63,907 bases of DNA, filler included, from Craspedostauros australis (GCA_030167865.1; 14 parts of 14 records of this genome joined end to end with filler, not necessarily neighbours in it); one strand, 5' to 3'; positions 48,315 to 60,468 are shown, numbered from the whole stretch's first letter. The notes: generated by a model from the sequence alone, not told the origin. Numbers and translations: made by a program.

Positions 48315-49287
48315 AACAGGCATCAAGATGAACAGCAAGCGGAGACCGTTTGCCAACAATGAACGCATCAACAGAGAGCTCTCACTCTCCTCTTTCTAAT
48401 GGTGCAAAGATGTCGGTCAACGGCCATCAGCTCATCGAATGGTTGCTTGTGCCGTCGGCGATAGGCCAATGGTTACCAATAATTACCAATAAGTGCCAAA
48501 AAACCGGAAATTAGCCACTAGCCACTAGTATTGATGGAAGTGAACTGAGCAGGACGAGTGCAAGAAGGTGACAATACAAGAACTACATGAACATGCCACA
48601 AGCACAGCACACCACCGCAGAAAAGCAAAACTCGATTTGGCGGCAAAATGTGAGGAGATTTGTGACATGTGACGAGAGTCAAATTTGAATTTGAATGATA
48701 ACGTCTAGAAGCGGCTTGTTATTTCAAAAACGTGTTCGGACAGGTTGAACAATGACGTCGCTGAAATGTCAAATTCCGTACGCAACCCGTCAAAAATATT
48801 TCTCTCCCGAACGTGTCTGCGCACATTGCGTTGTTTGCATCAGAAAAGCTAATCAATGCCTTGCAATCATCACGGAGCAGTGTTCATATTCGACCAAGAG
48901 GACCGTAAATCTACAAAGGTCGATAAAAATTAAAATTCGACAATAAAGAAAAATCGGCGTCCTCTGTGATTCTTATATTTTTCTCTAGTTTATGAATATG
49001 TGGGTGGTTTGGTTGAAAGCCCCGTAAGTTGCCACCCCTTCAGGACCGACTGCAGGTCCCGTCACACAACCGGGTCTTATTAGAGGCCTATCGCATTTCA
49101 CATTCACACCCCTGTGTTCATGTCACATGTGGCACTCACGTTCGGATTTCACATTGGTACTCGTGACTNGTTCGTGACCTACTCAGAGAGACGACCAACA
49201 TGACTGAATCGGCTTCTCTTCTGTAGAATAGAGCTCTAGTTTAGACTGTTCTGATATGAATGCTCCTTGCATGTTATCGCATCACTT

Positions 49288-49440
49288 GTTGATACCAAAG
49301 GTTGATAGGATCATTAATGGGTGTGCTCTGAGTTGCACGCAACGCACATCCCTCTTTCTTCTCTTATGAGCTTCGTGTTCTGAGAGTTTCGCTGCCATCT
49401 CTTCTGTCTCAACTTTGCTACTAACAGAGGTCCGGTAACA
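49288..49440 (-). mobile_element. candidate 5' LTR (138 bp) plus tRNA-Met PBS of a degenerate LTR retrotransposon
   Basis: Minus strand reads TGTTACCGG...GATCCTATCA (49440-49303, TG..CA), then acctt TGGTATCA. Confidence 0.55.
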
Positions 49441-50221
49441 TANNNNNNNNNNNNNNNNNNNNNNNNNNNNNNNNNNNNNNNNNNNNTTAATTAATTAANN
49501 NNNNNNNNNNNNNNNNNNNNNNNNNNNNNNNNNNNNNNNNNNGCCTTCCCGGTCCACCTTTATCGTTGATTCATCATCCCTTTCACCAGGATATGGATCG
49601 ACCTGCCTTCCTCTGCCATCACTTCATGGTAGGAGAACAAAGCAGCTACCTTGTGGATTTCTCCTGGCAGATATTTCCACATGCTTGTCGTTGTCTTACG
49701 TGCAATGGAGACTCCTGCCTCGTTTTCTCCTTCCACAAGTGTCAGCATCTTATCCTGTTTCTTGCTCCCAGCCTTCATTGGCATGGTCTTGACAGCCCTT
49801 GTTTGTGACTGTCCTCCTCCGCGTATGCCGTTGGCAGTCTCCTTATGATTTACCATTGCTTTGCCTGCCATTGTCGCTGCTGTTGGCCTCACTTCTGTAT
49901 CTTTTCTACGGTTGACACCCGTTGACGTCGGTGCTGTTTCGGTGTTTGCATTCATTTTGTAGAATACTATCTTTACATGTTTCTACTGTATTTGTTTTCC
50001 TGGTCCCTGGTGTTATGCTCCATAACACAATACTGTTTTATTATATGATACTATATGATATAATATTATGTTGTGTCATATTCGCATGTGTTGCTATTGC
50101 CGTGAACGTGGAAGTGGACGTGTAGGGATGCCACCACCAACACCGTGCTGTTTGACATCCCAGGTAACGCACACCAGAGCCAAACCATCGACAACACAAG
50201 GAATGAACGTAACACTGAACC

Positions 50222-50358
50222 TGTTGGCATACGTACGCAGGACAGACGTCCGCAGCCTCCGCCTCTGAAGAGTGACAACGGAGACAGTCTCCTCCCATAA
50301 ATCCATCATTAGCACACACACACACACACACACACATCCTCCCGTACAGATACTGACA
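50222..50358 (+). repeat. 5' LTR (137 bp)
   Basis: TGTTGGCATACG...TACTGACA; repeated at 56212. Confidence 0.9.
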
Positions 50359-50501
50359 GGTTATGGCTTGTTTCACGCTATTGTGATCACATCCTCTCCT
50401 TTCTTCGTGCTCTTCGTTTCAGGACGTTTCATTCCCTGGCCTCGAGCTGTATGCCCTCTCGTCACCCTCTCTTCGCTCCGCACTTCGTTCCACTCTCTAC
50501 C

Positions 50502-52220
50502 ATGGCCCCCGCTGATGACACCGCTCCACCCGCTGCGACGGTGACAACCGCTCAAACCATTTCGCTTCGTCTTGGATGGAAGTGGTTTCCGGCCGCCATG
50601 GAGGAGCTGCAGGTGCGCTCTGACGACGAGCTCTACGACCTCTTCTACGCGCCCGACGATAGCTTTCACGAGTGCCTCTGCGCGTGGTCTGCAACGAGCC
50701 CGCTTCATGTGCGGCACTTGTGGCGCCTTCGCGCGTGGTATTTGAAGACCGGCGAAGCTGACGACCAATGGGCATCCAACCTCTCGGCGTGCGAGTTCCG
50801 CCCTTTCATGCGCCTCGAGAATCCGATCCCTCCCGACTTCCGCTCCGTCCCCATGTCGGTGGCCTCTGTCGCTTCGCGCGCTGGTAACACAGGTCTACGC
50901 GCGGGCGACGAGGTCGTGGACATCTCCAAGGTGGCCGATCCTGCTGCGGCCGTGCCACCTGAAGATGGTCCTACTCCTCGCGACGGCGACACGCCCGGCG
51001 ATGGTGCGGCTTCTACTGCTCCTGCTGTGGACTCGCATACTCTCCCGCCTGCTGGCTTCGAGAGTCCTCGTCGTGAGACCACGGATTTCGACTACGTCAC
51101 CGACTCTGGCGTGGACTACTCTGTGGCTAACGCCAGCCCTGCGTTCCGTCGGCATCGTACCTACGAGGTTCCACCCGCTCTCGAGCGTCTGGACTACGGT
51201 GTCGGCCCGGCGTGGGACAAGTGGCGTCTTCCCCTGAAGGACGACTCGCCAACCGCCGTGTTCAACTGGTACGGCCAGTTCCAGGCTGCTGCCGCGCGCG
51301 CAGACTTGCACTTTTGCCCGCTGAACTCCTTCCAGCCGTCCACCTCTGTCATTCCGCGCAATGTTCACGGTCCCCGTGTCTTTGCCATGAATGATCAGCT
51401 GGTGGTTAAGCTACAGGCCGACGGCATCATCAACCTGGAGCATGCGGCGCTTTGCCTGAAGTACACCAGCAGCATCGGCATCATGCCACATCGGCTGTCG
51501 GTGTACGTGTTCCTGCACACTCTGCTCTCTGGCGCGTACGATGCGGTGCAGACACAGGTCCACAAGGCGCCGGCGTTCCATGGCTCGGTGGCCACGTATG
51601 CTGAGCAGCTTCTCAGCTATCAGCTTGTGGAGAGCCTTGTGTTTCGCCGCCACATCTCTCAGCTGGAACTCACCCGCCACTTCCTTGAGGAGCTCCGTGG
51701 CCATGGGTACGAGCTGGGGCACTTTCATACCGCGGTTCGTGGTGTCGCCTCGGCCCGGGAGCTTCCGCTCAACCTACGCGTGGAGCAACTTGGGCAGGAG
51801 GTTGCCGATCTTCCCCAGACTCCTACACGGGGTGTCGCGCATCGCGTCAACACGCGCAGCCAAGGGCGCAATGATGGTGGTGGCCGCGGGCAGCGTCCAG
51901 AACGGCGCCAGCATGCATTCTACAAACCCATGCCTGGTGCCTTCTGTGACGCCTGCTGCAACATGGGCCACACCAAGGACACATGCAAGACTTTTGGGCG
52001 CCATGCGCACATGACCTAGTTCGCCACATCTCACCCTGATTATGCGGCCAGCATGCGCGACAAGTTCCACGGGCACTTCACCAAGCAGACTTTCAAGGCG
52101 AATGCTTGGGCCATCCAGCGTTTTGGCAATGAGGATCACGAGTCCCTCGCTGGCCTCATGGTGTCTGATGAGGTGCTCGAGTCCGTCGATCAGGATTTTT
52201 GGACTGCCAGCCAGGAGTAA
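50502..52220 (+). CDS. gag: gag-like ORF with one internal TAG (52017-52019)
   Basis: Zinc knuckle CDACCNMGHTKDTC; the frame stays open for ~66 codons after the TAG and ends QDFWTASQE*. Confidence 0.8.
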
Positions 52221-55200
52221 GCGAACTCTCTGGTGAGCGGCCATTATCCAACGATCGCTACAGCGGGAAACCAGCAGGTCATCGCAATGATGAGGTTTCC
52301 GCGCTTTCATTACCTGCTGCTTCGGCAATCCAACCACTCAAGCTTGTGGGATATGCCGTGGTCAGGGCTTGCCACATCCATGCCGCTCGCACTGATGGAC
52401 CTGGAGTCCGGGCTTGGAATCCCTTCAATGGAATGGGCCAGTGTGACATCGGCGCCAATGTGAGTGCTACCCCATACAAGGAGGTTTTGCGGGGTTACCG
52501 ACCATTCCCGTCGCCACTCATGCTTGCGGCTGCCGATGCCCATGCCAAGTCCATGGTGTGCCCTGGTGAAGGCTTCCTGGACGTGCCCACATGTGAAGGG
52601 TCTTCCATCTCCGTCCGCACTGCGCTATGCCCTCATCTGGCTGAGACGCTTATCTCGCCACAGTCCATTGTGCGGCAGAGCGACAACGACTTCCAACGGT
52701 TCACCTTTGCGTCCGACTCAAGTGGTGCCACCCTCACGTTCCATGGTGCGCGTGGCGATTGCTTTGCATCCATGACCCAGTCAAATGGGCTGTACTTCTT
52801 CACTGGTGACGCCACTCGGTCGCCCATGGCATTCTCCATCCAGACTTCGTCGCCCGCCCTGCAGGCCGAGCTTTGGCACATGCGCCTGGGGCACCCTGGC
52901 ATGTCACAGCTGGAGAAGCTCCCGGCACATGCTACTGGCATGCCTGGCAAGCTGCGGTCGAGTGCACATCCTATGCGGCACTGCGAGACGTGCAGCCAGG
53001 CTCATCGGCAGAAGGCAGCTCGTGGACCCAACGTGGATTTTGTCGAGCCACATCCAGGCGCTCGCTTCCATGCCGACTTTGGTTTCATGCGTGCTACCAA
53101 TGAGGCTTATGGCGCTGCCAAACTTCGTGGCAAAGGTACTCATCGCCGCGTTGTGCTATCCCTTGAGGGGTTCACGTTGTACCTGCTCGTCACTGATGCA
53201 TACACGCGGTACACCTGGGTGTTCCTGACCAAGGACAGATCACCTCCAGTTGAGATCTTCACTGAGCTCCTGGGTGATTTTGGTCGGCGCACAGGTCATC
53301 GCGCGGTACAAGTGGACACTGGCGGCGAGCTCGCTCAATCTGGGGCTTTCCAAGTGGCCGTCCGTGATGCCGGGTACAACCTTGAACCCACTGGCGCTGG
53401 CTGCTCCTGGATGAATGGGAAAGTGGAGCGACTGAACCGCACCTTTGGCGTCATGACGAGGGCTCTGCTATACTCGGCTGGTCTCAAGCCACAGTTTTGG
53501 GCCCTTGCACTTGTGCATTCGGTCTACTTGAAGAACCGGCTGTGGCATGCGTCCATCTCCAAAACGCCGTACGAGCTACAGCATGGGGTCAAGCCTGATC
53601 TTCAGCACCTGCATGTCTTTGGATCCCGCGTCACTGTTCGAAAGCCTGGGCATCCGCCTGCGAAGCTCAACATACATACCTACAATGGCGTCTTCGTGGG
53701 GCACACTGCAACACCAACCCTTCATCGATACTACAACCTTGACTCTGGCCGCATCAAGACTGCTGGCAACATTGTGTTCGACGAAGCTCACTTCACATCC
53801 AGCAGTCGGCCTCCAGGACCGCAGCTTTTGTTCGAGCTGGGATTTCACGCACCTCATGGCGTTGACGCATCGGTCCCAGTGAAGGGTGATCGTGTCCCAG
53901 TCGGCGGTTCCGGTGGACACAGCGTCCTGGTCGAGTCATGCGTGGCATGCGGTGATTCAGAGTTGCACGCCGCCGCTGCAGCATGCTCTTCCACCATTCG
54001 TCGCTTTGCGCGATCGCTGGAGATGGCGAGCGAACCTTTCGGTTTTCCCTTCGCACAAGACATTGAGGTGTCTGGCTCGGACCCGTGCGCTGGACTGGTA
54101 CTTGTGCACGACGATGCGCGAGGGCGGCTGCAACTGCAGACATGTACACCTGGCACTCCGGCTGCTCGCATTCCCCGATGGCGGTCACGTCTACGGTCTG
54201 CACATTTGCTCACGCTGGATGGCAACGACATTTCCAGTGGTGATGAAGTCGTTCACGTCATCTCGAGTGCGCGGCAACGCAAGGCGGGTCCGATCGTCGC
54301 GATCTTCGCTTTTGATGAAGCACGCAACGCGCTGTCACAGCAGGGTGTCCCGCAGCTCTACTTCGACCAACTTCGACATGTCCAGGACATCCTTCAACGG
54401 ATATCGCCGCAGGCTCGCGCTGTCACTGATGCTCCCAAGCTCACTCGGCGCAAGTTGTTGCTGCGGGATGACTGGGATGAGTGGCAAGCTGCGGAGTTCA
54501 AGCAGATGGAGCAGTACCACCATCAAGGGATGTTCGGTGATCCAGTGGATGCTCCTTCCGGTGCAGCAGTGTTCAATTGGGTGTGGGTGTATGTTGTGAA
54601 GACCCATGAGAACAACCGCAAGAAGGCCCGCGCAGTCTGCGATGGTTCCACCCGAGGAGGCAACGTCCGTGTCTTTGGTCATACCTACGCTGCCACGCCG
54701 GATCTCACTGAATTTCGCATCCTTGTTGCTATTGCTGCCGTCCAACGCATGCTCATCTTTGGAGCTGACGTCGCCAATGCTTTTGCTGAAGCTCCGGCCA
54801 GCACGCAACAATACTACATGAAGGAGGACGATCAATTCCGTTCGTGGTGGGAGCAGAAGCATGGTGCTACCATTCCTCGTGGCCATGTTGTGCCCGTTCT
54901 CAAGAACCTACAGGGTCATCCTGAGGCGCCTCAACAATGGAGCATCCATGTCAATGGGATCATGAAGCGCATGGGCCTGACATCCACCACGCACGCCCCG
55001 TGCCTTTACACTGGACTCATCCGTGGTGAGCGTGTCTACATACTCCGGCAAGTCGACGACTTCGCAGTTGCCACATCACGACAGAACACCTACGTCGCGT
55101 TCTGTGATTTGCTTGACGAGCAACTCAATCAACCAATCACTCGGCATGGACTCTTCTCCCACTACAATGGGCTTGACCTCACTCAGGGCCGATCACATGT

Positions 55201-56288
55201 GACAGTACACTGCACCACCTATCTGAACAAGGTGCTCCAGAAGCATGGATGGCAAGATCTGCGGTCGTCGCAACGACTCCCCATGCGCGCGGACAACGGG
55301 TACATTCGACAACTGGACAGTGCGGACGTCCCAGCTACTGAAGGCGAGCGGCAACAACTACAGACATCGTTCTTCAGTTATCGGCAGGCCATTGGTGAAC
55401 TAATTTGGGCCATGGTTTCATGCCGTCCGGACATATCATTCCCCGTGGTGAAGCTCAGCCAGTTTTCCATCAACCCAGCCAAGATCCATTATGAGGCGGT
55501 CAAGTACCTCTTCCGATACATTGCTGCCACAAGGGAACTTGGAATCACGTACTGGCGGCCATCGCCCCTGCCCGAACTTCCAGTCATCCCCGTGCCGCTG
55601 CCCCTTTCACCACCTGAGGACGTTTCGCACAACGTGGACAATCATGAGACAGTCCGATTCTCCACGGTCTATGGATACGTGGACGCCAACTGGGGCTCCA
55701 ATATTTGCCATCGGCGCTCGGTCACCGGCATCATGTTCATGTTCGGCGGCGCTGCCGTCGCGTGGAAGACTCGTGTTCAGCCGACCGTGTCCCTCAGCAG
55801 CTCCGAAGCCGAGTTTGTCGCTGCCAGCGATGCTGGTCGCATGGCTCTGTGGCTTCGTTCCATCCTCGATGAGATCGGGGTGTCGCAGCAACACGCCACT
55901 CTCATTTTCGAGGACAATCGAGGAGCACGCATGATGGCCAACGCAAGTCAGCCTACACGGAATTCGAGACATATTGATATCCGAACCTTCGCGGTCAGTG
56001 ACTGGGTGGATCGGGATCTTATTCTTATCGAGGACGTCGCATCCGATCTCAACGCAGCGGATGCATGCACCAAACAGACGCCGTCGGTTCTCTTTTTCCG
56101 CCATACTGACTTGATAATGGGTCGCTTCCGCCCGTCTTTCGCTCAAGACCATGATGGGCGTCGCTCGGTCAGAGCAATTTTTCCCGCTGGAAATCTTCCA
56201 GCGTGGGGGGGTGTTGGCATACGTACGCAGGACAGACGTCCGCAGCCTCCGCCTCTGAAGAGTGACAACGGAGACAGTCTCCTCCCAT
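52199..56288 (+). CDS. pol: pol polyprotein (protease, GAG-pre-integrase, integrase, PDZ-like insert, RT, RNase H) in the -1 frame
   Basis: CDIGAN, LWHMRLGHP...CETC, FHADFG/VDTGGEL/NGKVERLNR, KARAVCDG, ADVANAF, RQVDDF, YVDANW, SSSEAEF, FEDNRG, ADACTK. Confidence 0.93.
56212..56288 (+). repeat. 3' LTR (truncated by gap)
   Basis: Identical to 50222-50298. Confidence 0.92.
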
Positions 56289-57006
56289 NNNNNNNNNNNN
56301 NNNNNNNNNNNNNNNNNNNNNNNNNNNNNNNNTTAATTAATTAANNNNNNNNNNNNNNNNNNNNNNNNNNNNNNNNNNNNNNNNNNNNGTCGTCATTGGC
56401 ATTGGGAGCATCAGGTGGAAGAGAAGATGCCATGATGAAGGTGACGTATCGAAGAAGGCAAGCTGGAAGAAGGAGGCAGTATGGGGGATGCTGCGAATGA
56501 TAAGCAAGGAGGTGCGAGGTTGATGATGGGATGAAATGAACCACAGCAGGCAAGGAGGTTGGAGAGGGAGGGTTGTTGCCATCTGGAGGAAAGCGAAGAA
56601 ACAATGACGATGAAGAAAATCTTGGAGGAGAAGATGTCAGAACGAAGAGCTGGNAGAGTTTCTTTTAGTCGAAGTATTCGACCGNAAAATCCTATNGTGG
56701 AGATTTATCACGTGGAACTGAAAATTGTCTCCTCAGACCGGATTTTGGCGAACCTCCGGGTAACTTTGTCTCCTGAGCCCAAAATGGCCATTTTTGGTCT
56801 CCCCAGACAGAATCTGTCCTCATGGATATTTGGCACCAAGACAATATCTTTGACTCGATTAGTGACTGAGATAGTGTAGAAGACACATGCGAAGCTACCG
56901 TTTACATCATCGTCACAGAGTGTTCTGCTTTGCCAGCACAAACTAGGAAAATGGCGGTAGAGTACGAGCCAGAGCATGCGAGTATGTGTGGCTGTGTATG
57001 TGACCA

Positions 57007-60000
57007 TTAGACGACTTGGCAGGCAGTTTGGAATGGCCCAGGGCAATCCATCTCTGCGTCGTCGATTACGTAAGTCTCTGTGGGTGACGCACACAATGAT
57101 CCTTGGGCGCAATCTTCGCAGGTGGCGGCTGTTGTGCACACTCCTGCTCTAATGATGATGTCGTTGGTTGCGCTGCTACTGTCGCCAAGACCATTGCACT
57201 TGTTTGCGCCCGAGCAGGCACCGTCTTCGATGATCACGCTTCCTGCAAATTTGGTGAATGACGAGCCGTGCAAGTTTTCACAAGCGAAAGTCCCCTTGCA
57301 CGCATTCTTTCCGACGAAGACACTTGTCACGATCGGTGTCGTGGTTGTAGACCCTTGAAAGCCGCGGCCAGCAATTTGAAAGCATGAATGGGATGAATCA
57401 CATGCTCCTTCTTCCACTCGTACATTGCCAAAGGCATTAATTCCAAGAGCGGAGCAACTGTGAGCTACGAGGCAAGCTCTTGGTCCGATCACCCTGAAAC
57501 CGACTTCGGCACCAGCAGCTGGCCGGCCTCCAAAGAAATTGCCCAGACCATAGCAAGACGAGCCTTCGTGGCAACTATCAAGTATGATTGCGTTGGGATA
57601 TGTCTCTTTGCATGCATCATTTCCGATACACGACCTTGAGCTCACCGTCATGACACCTCCATTAACAGAGCGAAAGGTGCAAGCATCACCACCACTGCAG
57701 CATGAGCCATTGCACGCAGTCGTCACCGCAGACGCGCTACCAGTGAAGAGCTTTGTTGCTGGTTCCTGTGCGGTCGCCAACAATGCTGTGGTCACACTTT
57801 CGTCGTTCTTGATCTTGTTAAAGCGTCCCTGCGCCACCTCCAACGCCACGGGCTGTGGAGGATCTTCACCATTGCATCCAAAGATGCTCTTGATCATCTT
57901 ACGCTTCCCCTCATCAGCTAGAGCGTCCACGTTGGAGACGAAGTCCGCGCATGTGCCTGTTACACCATTGCACAACACGTCACCAATGATGGCATTGAAC
58001 GTTGATGTGTCGTCACCCGGTGTTGAGAGACATCCAACGGTGAAAGATGCCAGGGCGAGAGTTGGGACAGAGCTTGGGATATCTGACGGTAAATCGGACG
58101 GAATGGCAGACGGCTGCTCAGAGGCCTGCTCAGACGGCTGTCCGGAAGGTTGCGCGGACGGCTGTTGGGAGGGCTGTACGGACGGCACCTCAGAAGGGAC
58201 TTGCGACGGCTTCTCGGATGGAAGGTCGGAGGGCTGTTCGGACGATATCTCGGACGGGACTTGCGATGGACTGCTGGACGGGAGTGAGCTTGGGATATCT
58301 GATGGCATCTCAGACGGGAGGTCAGAGGGCTGCCCGGAAGGTTGTGTGGACGGCACCTCAGACGGCACTTGCGATGGAGCGCTTGACAGGAGTGAGCTCG
58401 GGATATCTGACGGCATCTCACTCGGAGCTTGCGATAGAGTATCTGACGTCGGAGCCGATGTTGGAGCTGCTGTCGGAGCTGTTGGGGCTGATGTGGGAGC
58501 TGACGTGAGAGGTGTGGGGAAAGGAGTGGGAGAAAAGGTCGGAGAGTCTGTGGGCAAGGTGTCCTTGCCAATGCAGTACTCCTCCACCTTGTCACCAGTG
58601 GGATTCATGTTGCTATCGTTGCCTCCCTTTGGACAGGCTCCATCGACATCGCTGATGATGTAGACCTCGTCGGAGTCGCACTCTGTCTTTGTTATGCATC
58701 CTCTGCAGCTATCAACGCTGCCACATCCACCAGGAGGGACGACGAGGTCGGTTCTCATCATGTCATTGAAGCCCATCTTCTCGCATGACCCATTGGCGGC
58801 GCAACCACCAGTACCAATGGTCAGGCTGCCTGCATACTTGCCAGCAGTGCCATGGTTGACGGTTGAATGGGCGTCCTTGCATGCGTTGACGCCTACGCAC
58901 GCATTCGGGCCAATGTCGATGTGGCTGCGGAAGCGATATGATGGTGCTGATTGCTCCACACGACGGCCAGCTGCATTGCATGCGTCTGATCCAACACATG
59001 CGCCGGTCTGGATGGTGACATCACCATGAGAACGACGCCCCACTCCCTCACAAGATTGAGGGGTGGTGCAGGCCATCTCGCCGACGAAGGTGACTCCGGT
59101 GATGGACGGGTTGATCTCGTTCTCATTCATCAACTCGCATGCGCTGTCTCCAGTGCAGGAGGAACCGAGAATTAGGGGATTGGGGCCCATGTCTTTGCAT
59201 GCGCTGTCGCCAGTGCATGCCGTGATGGCGACGGTCATGAATGGAGGAGAGTTGGAGGCGGAACCGGTGACTGAGGTGCATCCCGAGGATCCTTGGCAGC
59301 ATGGGGTGGCGACGGGAGGCGATTGCATCGCCGCGATGGCCGCGCATGCTGTGTTCATGGCATCTGCTCGCTCGGTGACAAGGATCGCGTTGGCGACAGC
59401 GATCAGGGACAATTGGCCCAAGAGCACGTCGTTTGACGAGTACTTGTTGAAGAGCTTGCGCGCAGCTCCTTCACTGAGGTCTCCTGCACATCCGAAGAAG
59501 TTCTGCAGCTGCTTGGATTCCTTGACTGCAGTGATGGCCGCGCGGCATGATGGCTTGGCAGAGTTGCAGATGATGGTTTTGGCACTTCTCTCTTCCATTG
59601 TGAGATCGGTAGCGCCATCCGGCTTGCAGACAACGGAGATGGTGGAATCAAAGACCGCTGGGGCAGCTGATGGTTTGGCAGTTGGTAGGACAGTGGGCTG
59701 GGAGGTCGGCGACGCGGTTGGCTGAGCCACAGGCGTCATCGAGGGCATCTCCGAAATCAACCCTGTCGGCGACCCAGTAGGCAACGCGGTTGGCGCGGTT
59801 GTTTCTGGATCAGCCGGATTCGCTGTTGATGTCTCGTTGTTTCTCTTGTTGCCCTTGTTGGTCTTCGCGCCATCGACATCGTGCTTGAGGAGGCGGGTCT
59901 TCTCCAATACGGTATGGATCTCTTCCATTGGGTCCACAAGGTTCTTGCTGCCGCGGAGCACAGCATGGGTCGTTGCCATGTTGGCGGTGGCGAAAAACGC

Positions 60001-60027
60001 CACGAGAGTTGTCTTCGTGATGCGCAT
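57007..60027 (-). CDS. secreted Cys-rich, PT/PS-rich extracellular protein (1006 aa) with internal duplication
   Basis: Signal peptide MRITKTTLVAFFATANMATTHA-VLRG, RLL motif, P(T/S)xx repeats and two arrays of (A/S)CxGxxAC repeats. Confidence 0.85.
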   Translation of the reverse strand: MRITKTTLVAFFATANMATTHAVLRGSKNLVDPMEEIHTVLEKTRLLKHDVDGAKTNKGNKRNNETSTANPADPETTAPTALPTGSPTGLISEMPSMTPVAQPTASPTSQPTVLPTAKPSAAPAVFDSTISVVCKPDGATDLTMEERSAKTIICNSAKPSCRAAITAVKESKQLQNFFGCAGDLSEGAARKLFNKYSSNDVLLGQLSLIAVANAILVTERADAMNTACAAIAAMQSPPVATPCCQGSSGCTSVTGSASNSPPFMTVAITACTGDSACKDMGPNPLILGSSCTGDSACELMNENEINPSITGVTFVGEMACTTPQSCEGVGRRSHGDVTIQTGACVGSDACNAAGRRVEQSAPSYRFRSHIDIGPNACVGVNACKDAHSTVNHGTAGKYAGSLTIGTGGCAANGSCEKMGFNDMMRTDLVVPPGGCGSVDSCRGCITKTECDSDEVYIISDVDGACPKGGNDSNMNPTGDKVEEYCIGKDTLPTDSPTFSPTPFPTPLTSAPTSAPTAPTAAPTSAPTSDTLSQAPSEMPSDIPSSLLSSAPSQVPSEVPSTQPSGQPSDLPSEMPSDIPSSLPSSSPSQVPSEISSEQPSDLPSEKPSQVPSEVPSVQPSQQPSAQPSGQPSEQASEQPSAIPSDLPSDIPSSVPTLALASFTVGCLSTPGDDTSTFNAIIGDVLCNGVTGTCADFVSNVDALADEGKRKMIKSIFGCNGEDPPQPVALEVAQGRFNKIKNDESVTTALLATAQEPATKLFTGSASAVTTACNGSCCSGGDACTFRSVNGGVMTVSSRSCIGNDACKETYPNAIILDSCHEGSSCYGLGNFFGGRPAAGAEVGFRVIGPRACLVAHSCSALGINAFGNVRVEEGACDSSHSCFQIAGRGFQGSTTTTPIVTSVFVGKNACKGTFACENLHGSSFTKFAGSVIIEDGACSGANKCNGLGDSSSATNDIIIRAGVCTTAATCEDCAQGSLCASPTETYVIDDAEMDCPGPFQTACQVV

Positions 60028-60468
60028 GTTTGTTGTCGTTGTCGCTGTTATCGTTACTGCCGTTGCTGCCGTTGCTGTCGTTGTTGGAAGCTGGGCGATG
60101 ATGAGTGATGACGAGTGATAATGGTATGGTTTGTAATGTGGCGGTCGATCGATTTTGTGAGATTGACAGGATGGCTTTCTGAAGCGGAGAAGTTATTTGT
60201 TCGAATGAAGAGGCAGCGTGTGATGAGCAGTGCGACGATTCACTAAAAAATGAACACTTCCACTCTACTTGTGTGTGGATCAAATCCATCGGCGCGGCAT
60301 GAAGTTGAACCCATTGTGGCGAGTGCCTCTCTCTATCTCCTTGTTCGATGCGGGTGAGCGGAAAGATCNNNNNNNNNNNNNNNNNNNNNNNNNNNNNNNN
60401 NNNNNNNNNNNNTTAATTAATTAANNNNNNNNNNNNNNNNNNNNNNNNNNNNNNNNNNNNNNNNNNNN

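Larger units (their letters stand above)
50222..56288 (+). mobile_element. near-complete Ty1/copia (CoDi-like) LTR retrotransposon
   Basis: 5' LTR 50222-50358 (TG...CA), GGTTATGG PBS-like site, gag, pol in PR-INT-RT-RH order, PPT gcgtggggggg, 3' LTR from 56212 identical to the 5' LTR over the 77 nt available before the gap. Confidence 0.96.

Noticed and set aside
49560..49955. 131-aa minus-strand ORF
   Set aside because: No recognisable homology; may be a decayed repeat.
46507..52019. RIP-like CpA>TpA process inferred from the TAG/TAA nonsense codons in repeats
   Set aside because: Ascertainment bias: most transition-derived stops necessarily arise from CAA, CAG or TGG. It cannot be supported without copy alignments.
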